From Tilletiaria anomala UBC 951 (lineage: Eukaryota), in the NCBI RefSeq assembly GCF_000711695.1, contig NW_013547013.1:240880-260879 (forward strand): a stretch of 20,000 nucleotides of DNA, read 5' to 3'. Shown here piece after piece: positions 1 through 9,349 of the stretch (position 1 is the stretch's first letter; every line of letters begins with the position of its first letter). The translations under genes and the position numbers were made by a program. Under the pieces are notes generated by a model that searched no databases, had not been told where the DNA came from, and saw nothing but the letters and a program-made list of their open reading frames with translations.

Positions 1-823
1 GAAATGGATCTGCAAGCACAGCCAGCGCGTATGCCGGCATGGACGGACATGCACAATCTCCCGGACCGGCGGCGGGTAAGAACGGAGGCGAGGGCTATCT
101 GCCCCCACGAGAGGACGTCAATAGTCCTGATCTTTACATCCCTTGTGAGCCGCTAGCCTGAATGCGGAGCTGCAGAGTGCAATACTGAAGAACTGTAACT
201 CTCCGTAGCCATGGCATTCGTCACGTACATTCTGGTCATTGCCACCATTCACGGGCTCGAATCGCGCTTCCACCCTGAGCAATTGGGCCTGACATCGTCA
301 CGAGCCCTCGCAATCATTCTCCTCGAAGTTTCATTTGTCAAGCTCGGCTGCTACCTGCTCAACATCCAAGGCGATCATACGGTTGTCGACCTGGTCGCAT
401 ACGCCGGCTACAAATTCGTCGGCACACTTGTCACGCTTCTTGTGGGATTGCTCGGCTTCGAGGGAATGGTGTATTGGGGCGTCTTCCTATACACGTTTTC
501 GGCCAACGCTTTCTTTATCGTATGTAGTCCTCCATGGCTTTTTCCAACGGATCGTCGTATCGCTGACCCTTTCACTACCATGCGGCTTGCTTCATTACCG
601 CTTTCCACAGTTGCGCTCTTTGCGATACGTCGTCCTTCCGGATCCATCGTCACCGTCTAGCGTGACTATCACCCATGCGCAACGTTCCAAGCGCATTCAG
701 TTCCTCTTTGCGATCGCTGTTGCACAGCTTCCGCTCTGCTGGGCTCTCGTAGTAGGCATCTTCAATGGTAGTCACAAGGCCGTCGCTGCCAAAGCAGCTG
801 CGAAAGTCGCTGGTGCTATCTAG
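1..823 (+). CDS. YIF1: YIF1/Hrf1-family ER-Golgi transport membrane protein, 5'-truncated; exons <1-144, 209-519, 611-823
   Basis: The spliced translation gives ...GYLPPREDVNSPDLYIP-S-MAFVTYIL...FHPEQLG...DLVAYAGYKFVG...ANAFFI-LRSLRYVVLP..., which are Yif1 family motifs. GT-AG introns 145-208 (GTGAGC..TAG) and 520-610 (GTATGT..GCTGAC..CAG) keep the frame. Stop is TAG at 821-823. Confidence 0.93.
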
Positions 824-971
824 GCCAGCTGATGTGCCGCCGCGAGATACTTGCTGATATCCTCGAACCTGGGCTTGCATGCGCTCGGACGCATCAGGAC
901 ATGCACACTGTTGCATTTTGTCATCTCCCATGAATAAATACAGAATGAGTTGCAAACCAACATGCATTGCT

Positions 972-2094
972 TCAACATTGGCTCAAAAGGCAGAAGCGGT
1001 GTGCAACGCCGTTCTTCATTTCACTTTGATACGCAGGACTTGGTTCGAGCAGTTTGAGTCATTTCTCAATTGTCGGCCCCGTGGTTGATACTCGTACCTG
1101 CTTTTGCTGGCAATGTCATTCGGCAGGGAAAGTCATCGCTTACAACGCGCGGGGCATGAGCGCCAGCACTACCTCTCGCTAGTCTTTGCCTTGACTAACT
1201 GATGCCAGCAACACTCATATTTTGGCCAACGAGATCATCCTCTAAGTTTCTCGACATTCGCTTTGAGCTGCTCCTCTATTGCGCCCAAGTCTTTTACCAC
1301 ATTTCCACTCACTGGTTCCCCCATGTGGCCATTCGCATCAGCATCGCATTTTAAGATGTTGCGTGCAAACAAGCGAGCATAGACGATGGCGAGAGAGTGC
1401 AACATGACATAATAGGCAAATTGGTCCACGAGGGGATGTCCTGCCTGAGTTGCCCGCAGACCGCATCAGATCATATAAACGGAGAAGGAAGGAAGGTCGT
1501 GGGCTGACCGTAGCGACTTCTAAAGGAAATGGTGTTAACCAGACTCAGAAAAAGAACGGCGGATCAAGTCGCTTTGATGCTCCTTTCTAGATCACATATC
1601 TTCGCATACAAAGGCGTTCCGGGGCGGACGAAACAGAATCGCGGCGGCCAAGCTAGTGGATCAGCAGAAAACGAACAAGAGAGGCACTGAAGAATTTATG
1701 CACTCTCCTAGGCTGTCACGGGCTCCTTGTGTTGCTGACTGACGGGGCCATAGTCGAGAATGATACGCGGCTTTTGTTTCGCTTGACGCCTGTTTTGGTA
1801 CTCATGTCAGTTAGCTAGGCTCCGAGCAGGCGGAGAGATATTGGTGCGATCAAGTAATGGGCGACAAGGCCAGGAGGAAGAGAGACCTAACTCAACGCAA
1901 CAACGACACGAAAAGGAACATGGTCAGCCCTGACCGTCATTGAAGACCCCTTCAGGACATGCCGACCGCGGCCGATGGCTGGCGGCTTTCTTGAGCCCGA
2001 GCTTCTCGAGTAGCCAGGTTATGCGAAAGGCACGGCTCGTTCCGAGGTTGCAGAGTACCAGGCGAAGCGCTTTGGTTTGCGGATGCGAGGACAT
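972..2094 (-). pseudogene. Degenerate glutathione S-transferase (fungal GTT1-like class) pseudogene with introns
   Basis: Colinear GST motifs on the minus strand: ATG 2094 MSSHPQTKALRLVLCNLGTSRAFRITWLLEKLGL (cf. SRSxRIxWLLEELGL); LFLLALSPI at ~1885-1855 (cf. HPLGKSPV); VTA*ESA*ILQ with stops at 1710-1708 and 1698-1696 (cf. LAESGAILEYL); MLHSLAIVYAR...NVVKDLGAIEEQL; a frameshift at ~1236 into DLVGQNMSVAGI (cf. YLVGDKLTAADI); intron 1199-1139; then MTFPAE*...PTIEK*LKLLEPSPAYQ (cf. PNIKAWLxRIxxRPAYQ, with W->TGA at 1061-1059). Confidence 0.85.
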
Positions 2095-3721
2095 GGTTCG
2101 GTTCAGGTTTGCTAGGTGGTTTATTGCTGTTCGGAAGGTGCGTCCTGCGCTACGCAGGTGTAAAGTGGATGAGTTTGAGTGAGATCAAATATATGATAGA
2201 GAATTGAGGTACGACAAGGAGTTCTCACTGAGATGAGGGGATGCTGGCCGCCGCAAAATACACACATTCAATCAACCAAGAAACGTTTCAGCACGGCCGT
2301 GCTCATCCAGGGCCTTGGCCATTGCAGCACATCTCAAGGAGGAGGATATACATATTGCAACGTCTCTCCTCAGAAAAGGAGAGCCTGAAACGATTGAGCT
2401 GCGAACGTCATTACAACGCACATTGCTCATTCACCACTTACTATGTCGGTCCACGCTGCTGAAGACTTGATGAGTTGCAACGAGGTCCGAGACTCTGAGG
2501 AGGGGTAAAGAACGCCACTTCGCTCGCCTTTCTCTATTGTTGATTCGACTATGAAAAGCTTCTGTAGCTCGCTGTTTGGCAGCAATCTGCATCCTTTCTA
2601 TGCAGGGTGCTTGAAGCGAAATGTCTCCATAAGAGTCTTTGCCGGAAGCGAAGATATTCACAGTGGCTGATGCGGTTGCACAATAGGCATGTATGAGTTA
2701 TTGGTGCTCGTCAGAGCCTTTTCACACAATTTTTCGGGCCGCAGCAGCATGTCAATAAAAATTGTCGACTAGCTGCTCACGCACTCTTAAAGCTAAAGCG
2801 CTAAGAGACTTTTAACGTGCCCAAGTGGACCTTAAATTATCTAGGCTGCTCTGGCCTCTGGGGCATTGTCGGGGGGAGTCAGAGGAACCTTCCAACTTCT
2901 CCAACTTGGGCAGCAGCTCCGCCTCTACTACTCGAGAATCTGATTGTACAGGCCTGCAAGGCATTCGGAGAGTCGAGAAGGGGTGCGGGAATATGATGTT
3001 GAAGCAGCCCTTGTGAGCTATTGTGCTCTCTACATACCCGACCTTTTCGCCGCAGCGTCATCGACCTCGACCAAAATTCGATTGCGACGGCAGGCGATCA
3101 AGGACCCCCTCCCCGGTGCATTTGCCATGGCTTTCTTGCTATGGATTTGCCGTTCCGACTCGGCCGGGTGTTATGAGCTCGCCCACAGCGACCAGCGTAA
3201 ACTACTGTACAGTGGTCAAGGTCCTCTCTAGTTGTTTATCAAAGGCTCAAAAGGAAAACGGACGAAGAGCTGGTGTGCTGTGTGCGGGACAGATGGCTTG
3301 TGCGCACCCCGGAAAAGTCGGATTTTGCGCGAGAATTGAATTGCAGGCGTGCGGACGGGACCTCCTCAAACCACCAGAGCAATGCAGCATTAGCGCACAC
3401 TCAAGTCATCTAAATCTACTTACAGTGCTGGCGAGGCGGTGATGTGATCGAACAGGAGTAGACCAGAAACGACGAATGATGGTATTGCGGTCAGCGGTGA
3501 GGAGAAGACTTGCGCATTTCTGTTCAGTCGTATCACGCAAGAGCCAGGCTCCATGCGGCCATATTTGCCAGCCAAGCAAGGAGAGTCAGACGTGGTCTGT
3601 TTGTAGATAGTCAGCGCTCGGCTACTGTACATTGCTTGAGCGCTCGAGCGGGACACCAGTGGCAAACAGATGTATGTCGTCTATCGAACATCTTCCATGG
3701 GCGTGATCAACGTTCTCAGCA

Positions 3722-3727
3722 TATAAA
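3722..3727 (+). promoter_or_regulatory. Candidate TATA box of the acetyl-CoA synthetase gene
   Basis: TATAAA lies ~200 nt upstream of ATG 3925. It is followed by a CT-rich tract (3733-3775) and an ATG-free leader, and the start context is ACAATGG. Confidence 0.55.
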
Positions 3728-3924
3728 GGCTGCATCTTCTCCGCTATCTCCATCCCTCTGCGCGTCTCTCTTTTTGGGTTGCATCCTACCCCTACCTACA
3801 TACACTGCACACATCAACACGGATTGCAGCTTGTCCAGGGCCAGTGTAGCAGAGGTTTCCTCTGCTTCTTTCATTCACGACATCACGAATTCATCTGAGA
3901 TCTCGAACAACGCGAGCACGAACA

Positions 3925-6505
3925 ATGGCTGAGGTTCCGGAAGTGCCCACTTTCGACATCCCCGCTCGGCAGCGAGGCAAGGGCTCGGGTGCTAACATCA
4001 AGCCTCACATCGACCAGGCCACCTATCAGAAGAACCACGCCGCGTCCCTCAACGACAGTGAAGCGTTCTGGGCAAAGGTGAGATGCTCGCTAAAGCTCTT
4101 CTGTCCTTTTCGATCGCGATGTGGGGCGCCGCGGGCTTGTGGCTCCCCGCCGAAGCCTTTGGAAGAAGGAGAGTTCGAGTGTGCCGAGGTGTTAGGGCTC
4201 GCATACGACACTTCCAACCTCAGGTCTGCCCTAGCCTTGGGCTTTGTTTCGGACTCGCCTCAATGTGATCCACTGGCCTGTATCAAGAAGCGGGAATCAC
4301 GGATCGAGAGATGCGGTACTTCTGCTCTGCTTGTACGAGGCGACAGCGCTGGTTCGTCTCTCTCAAGGATGGATGTGGATCGTGAGGACATGACCCTGTA
4401 GTGAAGGTAGTCGGACTTGGATGGGCACAGAGAGTGATGGAGGTCATTGACCCGCTTTCTAGAAGCTTATGCATCCGAAGATGAGGCGAATAGGAAGCAC
4501 TTGCTGAAACGATGCGCTCTTTCCAGCTCGCAAATGAGACTATCTCTTGGGAGGTGCCTTTCCGCACTGTTCAGAATGGGAATTTCGAGTCCGGTGATGT
4601 TGCTTGGTTCCCAGAGGGACAGCTCAATGCGTCCTACAACTGCGTCGATCGCTGGGCGTTCAAGAACCCCAACAAGGTGAGAGGAGAGCATGAATGCGCG
4701 AAATGGCAGTATTCTGACCATTTCACAGACCGCTATCATTTTTGAAGCTGATGAGCCTGGCAATTCCAAAGAAATCAGCTACAGCCAGCTCCTGAGAGAG
4801 GTCTCGCAGGCTGCTAATGTGCTCAAAAAGCTTGGGGTCAAGAAGGGTGATACTGTCATCGTCTACCTGCCCATGGTTCCAGAAGCTGCCATCACGCTCC
4901 TTGCCTGCGCTCGCATCGGTGCAGTTCACTCTGTCGTATTTGCTGGTTTCTCTGCCGACTCGCTCCGTGACCGCGCGAATGACTGCGGTGCGCGTGTAGT
5001 CATTACGACGGATGAGGGCCGTCGCGGCGGCAGGACGATCGCTACCAAGTCGATTGTCGATGCCGCCCTCAAGGAGTGCCCTGCCGTCGAGCACTGCCTT
5101 GTCGTCAAGCGCACCGGCAACGAAGTCGGTTGGAACAAGAAGCGTGACCTGTGGTGGCACGAGGAGTGCGCCAAGGAGTGCGCTTACTCTGCACCGACGC
5201 CCGTCATGGCCGAGGACCCGCTGTTCATCCTCTACACTTCTGGCTCCACTGGCAAGCCCAAGGGTGTCGTGCACACCACTGGTGGCTACCTTCTCGGCGC
5301 AGCCTTGACTGTCAAGCATGTCTTTGACGTCCATGAAAACGATAAATACGCCTGCATGGCGGACATTGGTTGGATTACTGGTCACACTTATATCGTCTAT
5401 GGCCCGTTGATGAACGGCGTCACCACGCTCATATTTGAAAGCACGCCGGTATACCCGACGCCATCACGATACTGGGAGATGGTCGACCAGCACAAGGTGA
5501 CGCAGTTCTACACTGCGCCGACCTCAATTCGTCTGCTCAGGAGGCTGGGCGAGGAGCATGTCAAGAAGCACGATCTCTCTTCGCTGCGCGTCATCGGGTC
5601 CGTCGGAGAGCCTATCAACCCAGAAGCGTGGCACTGGTACAACGAAAACGTTGGCAGAAAGGAGTGCGCCATCGTCGATACCTGGTGGCAGACCGAGACG
5701 GGCTCGATCCTCATCACGCCGCTTCCTGGCGCGACCAAAGTCAAGCCCGGCAGTGCAACTTTCCCTTTCTGGGGCGTCGAACCTGTGCTCTTGGACCCGA
5801 CAACCGGCCAGGTGCTCGAGGGCAACAATGTTGAAGGTGTCCTCGCCATCAAGCGTCCATGGCCTTCGATGGCGCGCACCATTTTCAACGATCATACACG
5901 ATACCTCGAAACGTACATGGCCCCGTACAAGGGCTACTACTTTACCGGGGATGGCGCCGCTCGCGACAAGGATGGCTACATCTGGATCAAGGGTCGTGTA
6001 GACGACGTCATCAACGTCTCCGGCCATCGTCTCTCGACAGCCGAGATCGAGTCGGCTCTCATCGGCCACCCCGGTGTCGCGGAGACGGCTGTCGTCGGCA
6101 TTGCGGAAGAGCTGACGGGTCAAGCGATCTGTGCTTATGTCACGCTCAAGCCTGACTTCAGCTACGACAACGAGGACGCGCTCATCAAGGAGCTCGTCAT
6201 CCAGGTCAGGCGCAACATTGGTCCTTTCGCCGCGCCAAAGAAGATTGTTATCACGCAGGACTTGCCCAAGACTCGCAGGTGCGTAGTGCAGGTGCTTGGA
6301 AGGTGCGGCGTACTTGATCCCGGCTGATATGCTCTCTTCGCTGTTTGTTCGGTACTGCAGCGGGAAGATCATGAGACGTATTCTGCGGAAGATCGCAAGC
6401 GGCGAGGGAGGCCAGCTTGGCGATGTTTCCTCCCTCGGCGACCCATCTGTGGTGGAGAAGCTGATCGTTCAGTATGAGAGCTCCAAGGCTAGCTCCGGCA
6501 AGTGA
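3925..6505 (+). CDS. ACS1: Acetyl-CoA synthetase (AMP-forming acetate--CoA ligase), ~665 aa; exons 3925-4077, 4527-4676, 4729-6278, 6361-6505
   Basis: Motifs [28 protein letters not shown] (AMP-binding), [42 protein letters not shown] and PKTRSGKIMRR (the last formed across intron 6279-6360). Three GT-AG introns give a 1998-nt in-frame CDS ending at TGA 6503-6505. Confidence 0.97.
4078..4526 (+). other. ACS intron 1 (449 nt, atypically long for this window)
   Basis: GTGAGA donor after FWAK and TTCCAG acceptor before LANETISW (phase 0) restore the conserved ACS N-terminal domain. Confidence 0.9.
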
Positions 6506-7531
6506 AGAAAGAGCTGCAAAAGGTTGAAGGATCTGGAAATGGATCAGAGCGATGTGGACTTTCTGTCCTGTACGCAAGGGATGTTTATATCATCATGGAA
6601 ACAAATAACTGAAGCTCGACAATTCGTGTATGGAAGGCTCTTGGACCCTCTTTGAAAAGCACGTCTCCCGAAGAAGTCTGTCATAAAACGCATTTGTGGG
6701 GGACCCATGGATTCCATCGATCTCAAACGGTTGTTTATGGAGTACATGTGCTTTTTTTTCTTCAGATCAGCACTGAAAACAGGACGTGTGATGGTCAGCC
6801 GTTCGAGCATTCTCCACATGTAAAGCTCGCTTGCAAGGTGGGTTGGTACCTGTGGGTTCATACGTAACGCTTCGAGCGTTCGAATACAGAGGCCCATAGC
6901 AGCTTTCGAAGCAACAGGATGCAAGGTCCAAATTCCGAGCACCGTCGATCATGGGACTATGTTACGATGCACAAACTGAATGCAGTTGTCGAATCACGAA
7001 ATTCTCGAGAGTCAAGACCCGAGAGACCAGATACCCGCGGCAAGATGTATATGGTAGAGCAAAGAACGAAGCGAGCTGCGCTATGAAAGCGATCTCTAAA
7101 ATTAGAGTATACATTCGTCTACAGTCATACGCTGCATTCGTCCCGGGGTCCAACGAGCAGCCTCGGGCAGCCGGCAGCCTGTCGCTGAGAGGTCGCTGGG
7201 CGTGGCCGCAGCCGGTTTGCAAGTGCAGCGAAGCTCGTTGGCAAGGCTCATCGGCTTCTCGCTCAAGTGTATGTTAAAAATGCCTGCTATGCTGGCGACC
7301 GCGTGCGAAATCTATTCCAAGAAGTCGGTTTCCTTTCCCCAAGAGGAAATTGACCAACCCTGTGAAGCCTGCTGCAAAATCGGAATGAACTGCGACTAAC
7401 CCATGAATCAGAAATCAGGAAGTAGGAATGCTCTGAGATGACTCTCTCGAGGCATATGCATGTGTACTTTTGTCGGCTCATGACTAGCCCGTCCTTGGTT
7501 TGTCATCATTCTGGGTTCTGTACATGCTGAT

Positions 7532-7631
7532 CCAACTTAGCTTTGTGGCGCTCTCGAGGCTTGAGATCGCTTTGGTGTGGATTCAACCTAAACCAAAGTG
7601 GATCCGAAAGCGCACAAAGTGGTAAGAGTGG
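7532..7631. repeat. Imperfect inverted repeat / long fold-back hairpin in intergenic DNA
   Basis: CTTTGTG-CGCT-TCG (7541-7556) pairs with 7605-7619, and GATC-GCTTTGGT (7565-7576) pairs with ACCAAAGT-GATC (7592-7604). Outer CTTA/TAAG and CCA/TGG extend the stem. Pairing was checked by eye only. Confidence 0.6.
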
Positions 7632-9349
7632 CACACTGCTGCGTCGCCAGTTGCAGTCATACAATTCTGGTGGTCTATTTGTATGCACCAGGTGCCACAA
7701 GCCAAGGAACCAACAAACACGTCGGAGGGTCCACCTCTGCGGCCTGGCTTGCCAAAATGTCCGAAACATGGGAAAGAATTTCTGTGTAGGTTCAGCGCTT
7801 CCACCGGCCACCTGTGTTAATATAGGCTGCATCGAATGTGTGCCATGCATTAGACGAGCTCCCCAGGCGCATGCGCCGACGGCCAGCAGAATGGTCGGCC
7901 CGCTGTTGGGAGTGCTGGCGCCCTGCATACGTATAGCTAGATGTATGTTGACAGAGTACAGGGTTCCACTTCGGGGGGGGGCTTCCTAGCTTTCGAAGGG
8001 GACCTTCCTGGACTTCGAGGCTTCCACTTCATTTCTGCATTCCCTCTGTGTGTCATCTTATTAATGTTGTTAACAAACTGAATCCTGCCTTGACCTCAGG
8101 CTTTTTGCCCATGAGCTCGCCTCTTGGTCCCTATCCTGGACACTGTATTAGTTATAAACTACGTCCAACCTTGTAGCCTTGGAGAGCAGGTTTGGTTCTC
8201 GAACAGTGGCTAGTTCGCTACTCAGAACCGTCCGATTCCTGACAGGCGCACTCAATTAACTAGATTTACCGCAAGTGCCATGCCGACCAGTATGTATCAG
8301 GAGGTACAACGTCCACAAGATTGTCTTCCATTGTGATTGCTTTCGGCAGGCGTCTCTCGGGGCCCTTTCGGCGGCGATGAAAGCGAGGTAATCATGCGAC
8401 GATGGTCAGGATGGAATGAAGTGTTGCCCCGGCGGCTGACGCGTCCCACATGCGGCGCACGCCCACACGCTGCTCTAGTGCATTCATACTGCGCATTGCA
8501 CAGGCCGACGGAGATTTCTGCGGCCCTGCTGCTGGTGCTCCAGTCTGCCAACCAGATCCAGATCCAGAGCCCAAAGCACATGTTCTTTACACTGGTCGCT
8601 TACATTGCTTCCTCTTTCTAATATACGCTACTCTGCTATGCGTTCCATTCCATCTACATTCCAGGACGATTCCATTCATTCTGTCGCATCCGCAACGAGG
8701 CCTCACCAGGGTCTGTGCCCTCATCGCGTGTCCCTTGGCTGGCTAACTTGGCAGTCCTGAGCGACTGCCAGTGCAGGTCTAGAGCACGTTCTCCAACCTC
8801 GTTCACGCAGAGATCAGCAGCAGCCTGTATCAACTGGCCGCGTGACTTGTCCCTTTAAACGGGTAATTGATACGACGCGACTTTTGCGTCGCAATCATCC
8901 TGCTGTGTCTTCAATGCGAGGTTGAAGCGGGTGTTTCGAAGACTCGAGCCGCGCGAGGATTGCTACATCTATGGTAGCGCCTTCCGCCGCTCTGGAGCTC
9001 TGATCGGCAAAGACGTTTCCGATGCGCTCTTCGTCTCATTGACGGCGTTGGTCACCTCTGATATCTGCAAGCGCTATCTTCAACATGCCGTATCACGTTT
9101 AGCTGCGGAACATCTATTGCTCTTCGCCTGTGCCGGAAGTTGCTCGTGAAAGCGAGTCACGGACTAAGGCGCTCGCTCGGATCTGCGAGTCGCCGCCTGT
9201 TGGCTCAGACTCCAAAACGCTTCTGCCTCAATTGCTGTCTCCTCCACCTCTGCTCCGTCTGAGATCGACGTCGAGGGCCTTGGGCACAAACAGCTCGAAG
9301 CCGTAGCCGCCGGCTACGTTTGTCGGCGCCTTCGTCTCATTTCGCGGCC

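Noticed and set aside
972..2094. GST stops rescued by A-to-I editing or readthrough (TGA at the conserved Trp), or created by RIP
   Set aside because: Other stops are at non-Trp positions, there is a frameshift and a lost donor, and apparent substitutions go in both directions. This fits ordinary decay.
2200..3700. Short ORFs in the GST-ACS intergenic region
   Set aside because: No recognisable motifs or coherent splice structure, and no terminal repeats suggesting a transposon.
4083..4268. Intronic [13 protein letters not shown]...[15 protein letters not shown] as an alternative targeting exon for ACS (in frame if spliced 4223->4527)
   Set aside because: The donor GTCTGC is poor and the ATG lies only 5 nt into the intron, so it would need an unsupported internal TSS.
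4434..4507. Possible intronic C/D snoRNA (GTGATGG...CTGA)
   Set aside because: The C box is imperfect, the D box coincides with the probable branch point, and there is no terminal stem or recognisable rRNA guide.
4723..6372. Long antisense ORFs opposite ACS (220 and 282 aa), and similar shadow ORFs over other genes
   Set aside because: These are an expected by-product of GC-rich codon bias in the sense gene and carry no protein motifs.
6503..6655. Cryptic peroxisomal targeting of ACS by stop readthrough (known for some Ustilago enzymes)
   Set aside because: The context is TGA-AGA rather than TGA-CTA, and the extension ends ...LLDPL*, which is not a PTS1.
7396..7402. CTAACCC as a telomerase RNA template near the hairpin cluster
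   Set aside because: It is only 7 nt and continues AT instead of TAA, so it lacks the ~1.5-repeat template and is expected by chance.
7543..7989. Cys-rich 148-aa ORF as a zinc-finger protein
   Set aside because: It has a non-ATG start, Cys spacing matches no finger class I recognise, and it is overlapped by equally unconvincing ORFs.
8552..8570. CCAGAT tandem repeat (and the G9 run at 7973-7981)
   Set aside because: Too short; ordinary microsatellite-type noise, not a CRISPR or mobile-element repeat.
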